Shown here piece after piece: positions 10,353 to 19,820 of a DNA stretch of 64,000 nucleotides. Position 1 is the first letter of the stretch. The number at the start of each line of letters is the position of its first letter. Below the pieces are notes generated by a model. That model searched no databases and was not told the origin of the DNA. It saw only the letters and a list, made by a program, of their open reading frames with translations. The translations under genes were made by a program, and so were the position numbers. This stretch comes from a virus, in IMG/VR virus record IMGVR_UViG_3300023174_000050, positions 96,001 through 160,000 of that record; one strand, given 5' to 3'.

Positions 10353-11534
10353 ATGTCAGTAGAAAGTAAAGTTAAGGAATTGCTAGAACGCGTAACTGCA
10401 AAGGCCTCTTCTTTAGATGAGGCCATGGATCAACCAAAACAAGGCGATTCAAAAGAATCATCTGGCGCTGGTCCAATGGTTCCAACTAAGGCTAAAGATT
10501 CCACAATTAAAGCTGCCAACTCTGGCGATAGTAGTCAGCCAAGACAAGGCGATTCAGAAGATGCTAGCTTTGATACACGTCAACAAAATGACGTTAATCA
10601 AGGAGCAATCACGGCCAAGGGTATATCTAAAAATGATATTCATATGAAAGGCCCTGTAGGTGCGGCACCTAATTTCACAACAACTAAAGATCTAAGTCAG
10701 ATTCCTCACAATACAGGTGTTGTATTCCAAGAAGAAGCTGAAGAAGACGAGAATCTAGAAGTTGTTGCTGAAGAAGAAATCGAAGACGAAACAACAGAAA
10801 CAGTTGTTGAACCTATTGATCTATCACCTATATTTGGTGAAGATTTATCTGAAGATTTTAGAGGTAAAGCTACTGCTATTTTTGAAGCAGCAGTTATTGC
10901 CCGTGTAAATAACGAAATGGAAAAAGTTTCTGTAGCATTGGAAGAAAAATATGCTGAGGAATTTGTAGGATATAAAGAAAGCATTGTAGAAAAGATTGAT
11001 GCTTATCTCAATTATGTGGTTGAGAATTATTTGGAAGAAAATAAATTGGCTGTCGAAAATGGTCTTCGCTCAGAAATTGCTGAAGACTTTATGTCAGGTT
11101 TAAAAGCTCTATTCAAGGAACACTACATTGATGTGCCTGAAGAAAAATATGATGTAGTAGGTGAATTACAAACTAAAGTATCAGAGTTAGAAGACGGTTT
11201 AAATACTCAGTTGGAAAACAATATTAGTTTAAATACTGAAGTAACAGATCTAAGAAAACGCCTTATTATTAAGGAAATGTCTAAAGATCTAGCGGATACT
11301 GAAGCTAACAAATTAGCAAAACTTCTAGAAGGTGTAGAATTCGATAGTACAGATCTTTATAAAGAAAAAGTATCTGTTATTAAAGAAAATTACTTTCCTC
11401 GCAACGCTGTAGTATCAAAAGAAAAAGCAAAGCAGGCTCTAGTAGAAGAGGTATCACCGACTGAAACTTATTCAGGCAATGATGTTGTTTCATCTTATGC
11501 ACAGGCATTATCGAGAACAATCAAAAGACAATAA
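10353..11534 (+). CDS. gp22: Prohead core scaffold gp22
   Basis: KATAIFEAAV, YLNYVVENYLEEN, FMSGLKALFKEHYIDVPEEK. Confidence 0.93.
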   Translation: MSVESKVKELLERVTAKASSLDEAMDQPKQGDSKESSGAGPMVPTKAKDSTIKAANSGDSSQPRQGDSEDASFDTRQQNDVNQGAITAKGISKNDIHMKGPVGAAPNFTTTKDLSQIPHNTGVVFQEEAEEDENLEVVAEEEIEDETTETVVEPIDLSPIFGEDLSEDFRGKATAIFEAAVIARVNNEMEKVSVALEEKYAEEFVGYKESIVEKIDAYLNYVVENYLEENKLAVENGLRSEIAEDFMSGLKALFKEHYIDVPEEKYDVVGELQTKVSELEDGLNTQLENNISLNTEVTDLRKRLIIKEMSKDLADTEANKLAKLLEGVEFDSTDLYKEKVSVIKENYFPRNAVVSKEKAKQALVEEVSPTETYSGNDVVSSYAQALSRTIKRQ

Positions 11535-11536
11535 CT

Positions 11537-11544
11537 TATAAATA
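11537..11544 (+). promoter_or_regulatory. Late promoter TATAAATA before gp23
   Basis: Exact consensus, intergenic. Confidence 0.85.
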
Positions 11545-11584
11545 CTTATAAGTTATTCAAATAGTTAACACAAGGAGAAACTAA

Positions 11585-12862
11585 ATGTTTTTATCAGAAA
11601 ATATCCAAAAGAAATGGGAAGCAATTCTTGACCACCCAGATCTTCCACAAATCAAAGACAACTATAAGCGTCAAGTTACAGCTGTATTGTTAGAGAATCA
11701 AGAAAAATCTTTACGTGAAGAACGTCAAGCATTGTTCGAGACTCCAGCAAACAACATTATGGCTACAAGCGGTATCGACAAGTATGACCCAATTCTTATT
11801 GGTCTAGTACGTCGTGCTATGCCTAACCTAATGGCATATGACATTTGCGGTGTTCAACCAATGACAGGACCAACAGGCTTGATTTTTGCAATGAAATCAA
11901 ACTACGGTTCAGACAGAACTCTTGCAGGTCGTACAGAAGCATTATACAATGAAGCAAATACTTCATTCTCAAGCTCAGGCCAAGACGCAACAGGTAACAA
12001 CCCAGTATTTGGTACATACAACACTGGCAATGCTACAATGACAGCTTCAATGGAAGCTCAAAGCGACTTTGCAGAAATGTCCTTCTCTATCGACAAGACA
12101 ACAGTTACTGCTAAGTCAAGAGCATTGAAAGCAGAATATACTGTTGAATTAGCACAGGATTTGAAAGCAATTCATGGTCTTGACGCAGAAGCAGAATTGT
12201 CCAACATTCTATCACAAGAATTCATGTTTGAAATCAATCGTGAAGTTGTTAGAACAATTTATAAAGTTGCAAAAGCAGGTTCACCAGCAACAGCAACAGC
12301 AGGTACATTTGACCTAGACGTTGACTCCAATGGTCGTTGGTCTGTAGAACGCTTCAAGGGTCTTCTATTCAATATCGAACGCGATGCTAATCACATTGCA
12401 CAAGATACTCGTAGAGGCAAAGGTAACTTCATCGTTTGCTCTGCAGACGTTGCAAGTGCATTAGCTATGTCTGGTGTTCTAGACTATACTCCAGCTCTTT
12501 CTACAAACTTAAATGTGGACGACACAGGCAATACATTCGCAGGTGTTCTAAATGGTCGCTTCCGTGTTTATATTGATCCATATTCTGCAAACCTAGGAGC
12601 TGCTAATCAGTTCTACATGGTTGGTTATAAGGGTTCTAGCCCATATGACGCAGGTATGTTCTATTGCCCATATGTTCCTCTACAAATGGTTCGCGCAATC
12701 GATCCTAACAGCTTCCAGCCAAAGATTGGCTTTAAGACACGTTACGGTTTGATTGCTAACCCATATGTAACAGGTAGCAACGGTTATACACCAGATGCAG
12801 ATTCATTCACAGCATCACGTAACCAATACTATCGTAAGACTAAGGTTATTAACCTAATGTAA
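11585..12862 (+). CDS. gp23: Major capsid protein gp23
   Basis: VQPMTGPTGLIFAM, KSRALKAEYTVELAQDLKAIHGLDAE, FQPKIGFKTRYG. Confidence 0.98.
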   Translation: MFLSENIQKKWEAILDHPDLPQIKDNYKRQVTAVLLENQEKSLREERQALFETPANNIMATSGIDKYDPILIGLVRRAMPNLMAYDICGVQPMTGPTGLIFAMKSNYGSDRTLAGRTEALYNEANTSFSSSGQDATGNNPVFGTYNTGNATMTASMEAQSDFAEMSFSIDKTTVTAKSRALKAEYTVELAQDLKAIHGLDAEAELSNILSQEFMFEINREVVRTIYKVAKAGSPATATAGTFDLDVDSNGRWSVERFKGLLFNIERDANHIAQDTRRGKGNFIVCSADVASALAMSGVLDYTPALSTNLNVDDTGNTFAGVLNGRFRVYIDPYSANLGAANQFYMVGYKGSSPYDAGMFYCPYVPLQMVRAIDPNSFQPKIGFKTRYGLIANPYVTGSNGYTPDADSFTASRNQYYRKTKVINLM

Positions 12863-12887
12863 TCAACCGACAATAAGATCGGACTTT

Positions 12888-12913
12888 AAGGGGGAAGAAA
12901 TTCCCCCTTTTTT
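12888..12913 (+). terminator. Rho-independent terminator after gp23
   Basis: AAGGGGGAA-GAAA-TTCCCCCTT followed by T run. Confidence 0.9.
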
Positions 12914-12927
12914 GTCTTTGCACAGGC

Positions 12928-12935
12928 TATAAATA
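12928..12935 (+). promoter_or_regulatory. Late promoter TATAAATA before gp3
   Basis: Exact consensus, intergenic. Confidence 0.85.
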
Positions 12936-12955
12936 TATAAGAGAAAGGGAACATT

Positions 12956-13543
12956 ATGGCATATACGGCAAACATCAATACTATACAAAACAATTTTTAT
13001 AATTCGTTACCTAAAACGTATGACTATCTAAGACCTAACGCATTTAGGTTTAGTATAAAAGATATGCCCAATGTTTCCTTTACTTGTCAATCCGCAAATA
13101 TTCCTGATTTACAATTAGGATATGCAGTTCAACCTACTCCCTTTGTGGACATTCCCACTATTGGTGACAAATTAAACTTTGGAGAATTAAGTCTTAGATT
13201 TTTAATTTCCGAAGATATGTCAAATTATATGGAAATGTATAGATGGTTGGTGGCTCTAGGATTCCCTAAAGACTATAACCAATTCTCAACATTCACAAAA
13301 AGTAGGCCGAGTAGGTTTCCATTTGTCACACGAACCGATGGAAAAGAAGAAATTTTGGCATACTCGGATGCAACTTTAACGATTTTAGACTCGACAAATA
13401 CAGCTAAAGTAAATATAATATTTAAAAATCTGTTCCCTATATCATTGCAAGCTCTTGATTTTGATATAGCGTCAGCCAGTGTAGAATATTTCACAGCGAT
13501 CGCATCGTTCAAATATACTATTTTCGAAGTAGAACCCTTATAA
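12956..13543 (+). CDS. gp3: Tail tube terminator/completion protein gp3-like
   Basis: FTCQSANIP, GDKLNFGEL, SDATLTIL, FKNLFPISL; follows gp23. Confidence 0.85.
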   Translation: MAYTANINTIQNNFYNSLPKTYDYLRPNAFRFSIKDMPNVSFTCQSANIPDLQLGYAVQPTPFVDIPTIGDKLNFGELSLRFLISEDMSNYMEMYRWLVALGFPKDYNQFSTFTKSRPSRFPFVTRTDGKEEILAYSDATLTILDSTNTAKVNIIFKNLFPISLQALDFDIASASVEYFTAIASFKYTIFEVEPL

Positions 13544-13560
13544 TATAACTTGGAGTTATT

Positions 13561-14460
13561 ATGAATCAACCAAAAAAGAAAATTACCCCTATGGCTTTGC
13601 CTAAGGTTCCTTCATTACCAAAGGTACCTAATGCAGGCGGCACCCCTCCTGCAGATCCAAATCAAAATAAATTGGAAGTTAGATTAGAGGATTTGCGTAA
13701 AGAAAGAATCTTTATTGCAACTCCTTGCTATGGTGGACAATTAACTGAAGCATATTTCAGATCAACAATTAGATTACTTACATTCTGCAATCAACATCAA
13801 ATCCCAGTTGCATTTGGTACGATTGCAAATGAATCTTTGGTAACACGAGCACGTAATGTTCTTGTTGCTTATTTCCTACAGAGCGATTTTACACGGTTAA
13901 TGTTTATTGATGCAGACATTGAATTTCAAGTAGAAGATGTTATTAAACTAATTGCACATAATAAAGATGTTGCAGTTGGTGCATACCCTAAGAAGGGTGT
14001 AAATTGGCAACGTATTCGTGAAAGTGTTAGATTAAAAGATGATGCATATAACGATCAGCAAATTGCATCCTTTGGTAGCGATTATGCGATTAATTTTAAA
14101 TTTATCAATCGTGATGCAAAACAAATTGCCATTGAAAATGGTTTAATTCGACTTCATGATGGAGCTACAGGTTTTATGATGATTAAGCGTGAAGTAATTG
14201 ATAAGATGATTACTGCATATCCTGATCTAAAATATAACAACGATTTAAATACTCCGCCAGAATTGAATCCGCATTTCTATGCGTTCTTTGATACAATGAT
14301 TGATCCCAAGGATCGACGTTATTTGTCTGAGGACTATACCTTTAGTCGTAGATGGCAAGATATTGGTGGAGAAATTTGGCTTGACCCTTCAATCTCTTTA
14401 AACCATTATGGTTCGTTTAATTTCCAAGGTAATCCTCAACAAATTATTCAAGTCGGTTAA
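13561..14460 (+). CDS. GT-A-fold glycosyltransferase-like protein
   Basis: IFIATPCYGG, ESLVTRARN, FIDADI (DxD), YLSEDY motifs. Confidence 0.65.
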   Translation: MNQPKKKITPMALPKVPSLPKVPNAGGTPPADPNQNKLEVRLEDLRKERIFIATPCYGGQLTEAYFRSTIRLLTFCNQHQIPVAFGTIANESLVTRARNVLVAYFLQSDFTRLMFIDADIEFQVEDVIKLIAHNKDVAVGAYPKKGVNWQRIRESVRLKDDAYNDQQIASFGSDYAINFKFINRDAKQIAIENGLIRLHDGATGFMMIKREVIDKMITAYPDLKYNNDLNTPPELNPHFYAFFDTMIDPKDRRYLSEDYTFSRRWQDIGGEIWLDPSISLNHYGSFNFQGNPQQIIQVG

Positions 14461-14476
14461 TTAAAGGTTTTATATT

Positions 14477-14917
14477 ATGAAATTGACTGAGTTACAAGAT
14501 ACTTGGCAAGAAGATTGTAAGATCAATGAATTAAATTTGGGACAGGAGTCTTTAAAAACTCCTAACCTTCATGCTAAATATTTGACCATGCTATCCTCAG
14601 CTAGACTCAATCTTCGTAAAGCCGAATCAAGTTATCTTAATTGTCGTCGCTTAAAGTATCGATATTACAGGGGTGAGATGACTCAAACAGAACTTGAGCA
14701 AGAGGGTTGGGATCAGTGGCAGGGAAATAAACCATTAAAAAATGAAATGGATGAATTCTTAACTGTTGATTCTGATCTTGTATCTTATCAGGATAAAGTT
14801 GAATATTTTAAAACAGTACTATATCATTTAGAACAAATTATCCGTTCAATTAATAGTAGAGGCTGGGATATAAAAAATGCTATTGAATGGCAAAAATTTA
14901 CCAACGGTATGATGTAA
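14477..14917 (+). CDS. uvsY: Recombination mediator UvsY
   Basis: NLHAKYL, YRYYRG, RGWDIKNAIEWQKF. Confidence 0.9.
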   Translation: MKLTELQDTWQEDCKINELNLGQESLKTPNLHAKYLTMLSSARLNLRKAESSYLNCRRLKYRYYRGEMTQTELEQEGWDQWQGNKPLKNEMDEFLTVDSDLVSYQDKVEYFKTVLYHLEQIIRSINSRGWDIKNAIEWQKFTNGMM

Positions 14918-16398
14918 TGTCAGATATACAATTATCTAAAAAAGATGAAGTTTACCTTAAGGTAAAGTGTGAACCTTCATTGGGGCAAGAATTAAATGAT
15001 CATTTTTCGTTTGATGTTCCCGGTGCCAAGTTTCATCCTTTATACAAGTCTCGTATGTGGGATGGTAAAGTTCGTCTGTATTCTTTGTTTACGCAGGAAT
15101 TATACGTTGGATTAAAAAGTTATCTCGAAAGATTCTGCGAGGAAAGAGATTATACTATAGATTATTCTAATTATGTGGAAGAGGCAGATGCTGCAACTTA
15201 TGATATAGTTAGAAAATTTTGCGAAGATCTTAATATTGGTTCAAATGGTAAACCTCTTGCGATTCGAGATTATCAGATTGATGCAGTATTTCAATCTATA
15301 AAAGATTCAAGAAGATTATTATTATCTCCTACTGGTTCAGGAAAATCTCTTATCATTTATTGTCTAATTCGTTGGCATGAAAGATACGATAGACGACAAT
15401 TAATCTTAGTACCAACCACTTCCCTTGTAGAACAAATGTATTCCGATTTTCAAGATTATTCTTGTTTAAATGGTTGGAAGGCATCGGAACATTGTCATCG
15501 CATTTACGGTGGCCATGAAAAATCAAATGAGTATGATGTTATTATTAGTACATGGCAATCATTATATAAATTACCGAAAACTTTTTTTGCAAATTTTAAA
15601 ACCATATATGGCGATGAGGCACATAATTTTAAAGCAAAATCGTTAACAAGTATTTTAAATAAGTGCACATCTTCTCCTTTTAGGATCGGAACTACAGGTA
15701 CATTGGATGGAACTAAAACTCATAAATTAGTATTGGAAGGTTTGTTTGGTTCAGTATATAAAGTTACTACAACAAAGAAACTTATTTCGGATAACACATT
15801 GGCAGATCTTGAAATTTATAATATAATATTAGAATACAATGATGAGATGCGAAAAGGGTTAAAGGGCAAAACATATCAAGATGAAATGGATTTTATAGTT
15901 CAGTATGAACCACGAAATAAATTTATAAGAAATTTGGCAATCAAACAAGAAGGTAATACTTTAGTGTTATTTCAGTATGTGGAAAAACACGGAAAAATAT
16001 TGTTTGATCTAATACAAGAAAAAGCGAAAAATAGAAAAGTATTTTTTGTGTTTGGAGGTACAGATACAGATCAACGAGAAGATATTCGTCGCATTACTGA
16101 GTTAGAAAAAGATGCAATTATTGTTGCTAGTTATGGAACCTTCTCCACAGGAATAAATATTAAAAATCTGCATAATATTATTTTTGCATCCCCTTCAAAG
16201 TCTAGAATTAGAAATTTACAATCCATTGGTAGAGGATTGAGAACCAGTGAAACTAAAAAAAGTTGCAATTTATATGATATCGCAGATGATTTAACATGGA
16301 AAAGTAAAAAGAACTATACGTTACTTCATATGATTGAAAGAATTAAAATTTATAACGATGAGCATTTCAACTATAAATTAGTAAAGGTACAAATATGA
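14917..16398 (+). CDS. uvsW: SF2 helicase UvsW
   Basis: WDGKVRL, SPTGSGKS, DEAH, QSIGRGLR; start moved to ATG overlapping the uvsY stop. Confidence 0.96.
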   Translation: MSDIQLSKKDEVYLKVKCEPSLGQELNDHFSFDVPGAKFHPLYKSRMWDGKVRLYSLFTQELYVGLKSYLERFCEERDYTIDYSNYVEEADAATYDIVRKFCEDLNIGSNGKPLAIRDYQIDAVFQSIKDSRRLLLSPTGSGKSLIIYCLIRWHERYDRRQLILVPTTSLVEQMYSDFQDYSCLNGWKASEHCHRIYGGHEKSNEYDVIISTWQSLYKLPKTFFANFKTIYGDEAHNFKAKSLTSILNKCTSSPFRIGTTGTLDGTKTHKLVLEGLFGSVYKVTTTKKLISDNTLADLEIYNIILEYNDEMRKGLKGKTYQDEMDFIVQYEPRNKFIRNLAIKQEGNTLVLFQYVEKHGKILFDLIQEKAKNRKVFFVFGGTDTDQREDIRRITELEKDAIIVASYGTFSTGINIKNLHNIIFASPSKSRIRNLQSIGRGLRTSETKKSCNLYDIADDLTWKSKKNYTLLHMIERIKIYNDEHFNYKLVKVQI

Positions 16399-16871
16399 TG
16401 GACAATCTTTACTACAAATATATAAAACTAGTATCAGGGGATGGTATAATTTGTACTACCTTTGATAACTATGAAAATTTATATGATTTAAAAACCATAA
16501 AGGTATCAACCCCTGTGGTATTAAATCCTATTCGCATCCCTAGGGGAGATGTTTTAGTAGAATCTTACATAATGTATCCTTGGTTTAGTTTTTCAGAAGA
16601 AACAGAATATACATTACCCACAACGCAAATTTTATTTGCAGTGAATATTAAAGAAACTTTAAAGAAAAATTATTTAACTTATCTTTCTAATAGAGAAGAT
16701 GAGGGTGAAGATGAACTTATAGACGATGATGAATTTGAAGAAGATGAAGAACTTTTTAATGCACTTTTAAATACCCTAGGAGATGAAATACATGAAGACA
16801 AAGAAAACCAAGAATCCGGAGACGGATCTAATATTGAAAGAGTTGGAAGAACTACAAGAAGACTCCACTAA
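16395..16871 (+). CDS. Hypothetical protein with acidic tail between uvsW and gp55
   Basis: IKLVSGDGII N-terminus (Sm-like start); position typical of T4-like phages. Confidence 0.65.
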   Translation: MMDNLYYKYIKLVSGDGIICTTFDNYENLYDLKTIKVSTPVVLNPIRIPRGDVLVESYIMYPWFSFSEETEYTLPTTQILFAVNIKETLKKNYLTYLSNREDEGEDELIDDDEFEEDEELFNALLNTLGDEIHEDKENQESGDGSNIERVGRTTRRLH

Positions 16872-17421
16872 AACTAAACAACCCGCGCATTACGTAGATA
16901 ACAAAAAATTCTTAGCTGCTCTTATAGATTATAAAGCAAGTATAGATGCGGCTCGCGCAGAAGAAAAACCTACCCCACAGGTACCCAAATATATCGGCGA
17001 ATGCTTTATAAAAATTGCTACTCATTTATCGTATAAATCTAATTTTATAAATTATACTTTTAAAGATGATATGATTTCAGATGGAATTGAAAATTGTCTA
17101 ACTGCAGCTACAAAATTTGATCCAGCCAAATCATCAAATCCATTTGCATACTACACTCAAATTATTTACTTTGCCTTTATTCGCAGAATACAAAAAGAGA
17201 AAAAACATCAGGCAACCAAATACAAAATTATTGAGAATTTAGATTTAGATTCCATTATTCAAAATAGTGATGATTCGGATGCAAGTAGACAACTTGTAGA
17301 CTATTTGAAAAAACAATTGGACAATATTGATCCTGAGAAACGGGAAACTCCCTCAGAAACCAAAACAAGAAAAAGAAAATTAACAGAAAAAGATCAAACT
17401 ATTGTTGACTTCATGAACTAA
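16792..17421 (+). CDS. gp55: Late-transcription sigma factor gp55
   Basis: HYVDNK, FINYTFKDDMISDGIENC, NPFAYYTQIIYFAFIRRIQKEKK. Confidence 0.95.
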   Translation: MKTKKTKNPETDLILKELEELQEDSTKTKQPAHYVDNKKFLAALIDYKASIDAARAEEKPTPQVPKYIGECFIKIATHLSYKSNFINYTFKDDMISDGIENCLTAATKFDPAKSSNPFAYYTQIIYFAFIRRIQKEKKHQATKYKIIENLDLDSIIQNSDDSDASRQLVDYLKKQLDNIDPEKRETPSETKTRKRKLTEKDQTIVDFMN

Positions 17422-17433
17422 AGACTATATAAT
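17405..17433 (+). promoter_or_regulatory. Sigma70-type promoter for the mazG-queE operon
   Basis: TTGACT-17 nt-TATAAT. Confidence 0.75.
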
Positions 17434-17464
17434 AGACCATATTAACAACTAAATACTTTATATT

Positions 17465-17743
17465 ATGAATGATTCTAAAAAAGAAGTCATGCTTATTCTT
17501 CAAGAAGAATGCGCAGAAGTGACACAGGCAATCTCAAAATGTTTACGTTTTGGAATAGATGGTGAATATAATGGTGCTACTAATCGAGAAAGATTGACTG
17601 AGGAAATCGGTGATCTTATAGCAATGATTGAACTATGCTACGATAACGACATTGTAGATTACTTACAAGTCAAAGAAGCACAGCATAGAAAATTTGATAA
17701 ATTAAAAAAATGGTCTACAATATATGAAACTGAAAATATCTGA
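17465..17743 (+). CDS. MazG-like nucleotide pyrophosphohydrolase
   Basis: QEECAEVTQAISK and EEIGDL motifs. Confidence 0.8.
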   Translation: MNDSKKEVMLILQEECAEVTQAISKCLRFGIDGEYNGATNRERLTEEIGDLIAMIELCYDNDIVDYLQVKEAQHRKFDKLKKWSTIYETENI

Positions 17744-18569
17744 ATTATTTTATAGTATACAAGGTGAGGGTCGCTTTATGGGCGTCCCTTCTATCTTTTT
17801 AAGAACCTTTGGTTGCAATTTTACTTGCGGTGGTTTTGGAATGCCAAAGGGACAAATGAGTGAAGAAAGGTCAAAAATAAATGCAACATCTTTTAAGAAT
17901 TATCGGGATCTTCCTTTGGTCGATACTGGGTGCGATAGCTACGCTAGTTGGGATGTCAATTTTAAGCATCTTAGTCCCGTTATGGACATTCAAAGTATCG
18001 TTACAAGAATATTAGCAGAGTTACCGCACAAAGAATGGAAAGATGAGCATCTAGTAATTACTGGGGGCGAACCTTTATTAGGATGGCAAAAAGCATATCC
18101 CGATTTATTGGAATATAAAGGAATGCGAGATCTTGCCGAGCTTACTTTTGAAACTAATGGTACTCAAATGTTAAGTGCAGATTTTGAGGAATATTTATTT
18201 CAAGATTGGACTAGATTTGGTCGCAGATATAGTAATCTAACATTTTCGGTTTCTCCTAAATTATCTGTATCTGGGGAGAAATGGGAAGACGCAATTAAAC
18301 CAGATGTTGTGTCTCAATATCAAAGTGTAGGATATACCTATTTGAAATTTGTAGTAGCAACAAAAGAAGATGCAGAAGAAGCAGAGCAAGCAGTAAATGA
18401 ATATCGTAAAAAAGGTTTTGGCGGTCCTGTTTATCTTATGCCTCTTGGTGGCACCGAGCAGTTGTACTCTCTTAATAATCGGGCGGTGGCAGAATTGGCA
18501 TTGCGAAAAGGTTGGAGGTATTCCGATAGATTACAGATCCCATTGTTTAAGAATGCCTGGGGAACATAA
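17724..18569 (+). CDS. queE: 7-carboxy-7-deazaguanine synthase QueE (radical SAM)
   Basis: SELFYSIQGEG, FLRTFGCNFTC, ITGGEP, FETNGT, SVSPKL. Confidence 0.93.
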   Translation: MKLKISELFYSIQGEGRFMGVPSIFLRTFGCNFTCGGFGMPKGQMSEERSKINATSFKNYRDLPLVDTGCDSYASWDVNFKHLSPVMDIQSIVTRILAELPHKEWKDEHLVITGGEPLLGWQKAYPDLLEYKGMRDLAELTFETNGTQMLSADFEEYLFQDWTRFGRRYSNLTFSVSPKLSVSGEKWEDAIKPDVVSQYQSVGYTYLKFVVATKEDAEEAEQAVNEYRKKGFGGPVYLMPLGGTEQLYSLNNRAVAELALRKGWRYSDRLQIPLFKNAWGT

Positions 18570-18576
18570 ATACTAA

Positions 18577-18633
18577 TGCTACACAAAGGTAGCGAATTTC
18601 AATCATCACATCCGCGTAAGGAAGGATTCAAAA
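18577..18633 (+). promoter_or_regulatory. Candidate structured leader upstream of folE
   Basis: GCTAC/GTAGC hairpin, then TCC-GCGTAA-GGA or ATCC/GGAT pairings that cover the AGGAAGG SD; CATAAATA at 18565-18572. Confidence 0.4.
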
Positions 18634-19314
18634 ATGTCATACAACAAAACAAAAACTGACCCTGAACTTGGTCTAAAGGTTCACGAACATCTTGTCAAAA
18701 TGGGTGTTGAAACGCCATATGAAGATAATGATATAGATCGCAAAATTAAAATTGAACTTATAGAAAAAGCTTTTAGTACAATTATGCGAACACTCGGATT
18801 GAATTTATCTGATGATAGTTTAATGGAAACTCCTAATCGTGTTGCTAAGATGTATGTTAACGAAATCTTTTGGGGTTTAGATTACGATGCTTTTCCAAAA
18901 TGTACAACCGTCGATAACAAGATGAAGTATAATGAAATGGTATGCGAGCGTAATATTAATGTACAATCCAATTGCGAGCATCACTTCGTAGTTATTGATG
19001 GGCTTGCTACTGTGGCATATGTTCCTAAAGATAAAGTTTTAGGTCTTTCTAAAATTAATCGTATTGTAGAATATTTTAGTAAGCGTCCTCAGATTCAGGA
19101 AAGATTGACTGAACAAGTATTTCATACATTACAATATATTCTTGATACAGAGGATGTTGCTGTTATGATTGATGCACAACACTATTGCGTTAAGAGCCGA
19201 GGAGTTGAAGATACTGGTAGTTCTACAGTTACAGTAAGATTAGGCGGTGGATTTAAAAATGATCCTGCTGCTAGAAATGAATTTTTAAGTATTGCAAGAA
19301 TGGGTAAAAAATGA
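18634..19314 (+). CDS. folE: GTP cyclohydrolase I FolE
   Basis: ETPNRVAKM, CEHH, GLSKINRIV, RPQIQERLT, CVKSRG. Confidence 0.97.
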   Translation: MSYNKTKTDPELGLKVHEHLVKMGVETPYEDNDIDRKIKIELIEKAFSTIMRTLGLNLSDDSLMETPNRVAKMYVNEIFWGLDYDAFPKCTTVDNKMKYNEMVCERNINVQSNCEHHFVVIDGLATVAYVPKDKVLGLSKINRIVEYFSKRPQIQERLTEQVFHTLQYILDTEDVAVMIDAQHYCVKSRGVEDTGSSTVTVRLGGGFKNDPAARNEFLSIARMGKK

Positions 19315-19820
19315 CAGTTAATATAATGGTTGACTTAGAGACAATGTCAACAAGATCACATGCAGCCATTTGTTCAATTGGTGCAGTAAAATTTGAAGGT
19401 AAAGAAATACTTGATACTTTTTATTGCACTGTGGATATTAAAACTTGTAAAGATGCAGGAATGCATATTTCAAAAGATACCGTTAAGTGGTGGTCAGAAC
19501 AAAATAAAGAAGCACTACGAGAACTTACTCGTAACAATATTCCTTTGGATGAGGCATTAACAAGTTTTGAGGAATGGTTCGGTCCTAAGAGTTTGCCTGT
19601 ATGGGGCAATGGTGCAGTGTTTGATAATACTATTTTAGCCAATGCATATTTTAACACTGATAGAGAACCACCTTGGAAATGTTGGGATGATCGTTGCTAT
19701 AGAACAGTTAAGGCATTATTCCATTGGGTGCCTGCAGATGCAAGAGAAGGTGTTTATCATAATGCCTTAGATGATGCAATGCACCAAACTAAACATCTAA
19801 TTAAAATATTAGGTGAATAA
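19311..19820 (+). CDS. DEDD-family 3'-5' exonuclease
   Basis: MVDLET, WGNGAVFD, HNALDDA. Confidence 0.85.
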   Translation: MTVNIMVDLETMSTRSHAAICSIGAVKFEGKEILDTFYCTVDIKTCKDAGMHISKDTVKWWSEQNKEALRELTRNNIPLDEALTSFEEWFGPKSLPVWGNGAVFDNTILANAYFNTDREPPWKCWDDRCYRTVKALFHWVPADAREGVYHNALDDAMHQTKHLIKILGE

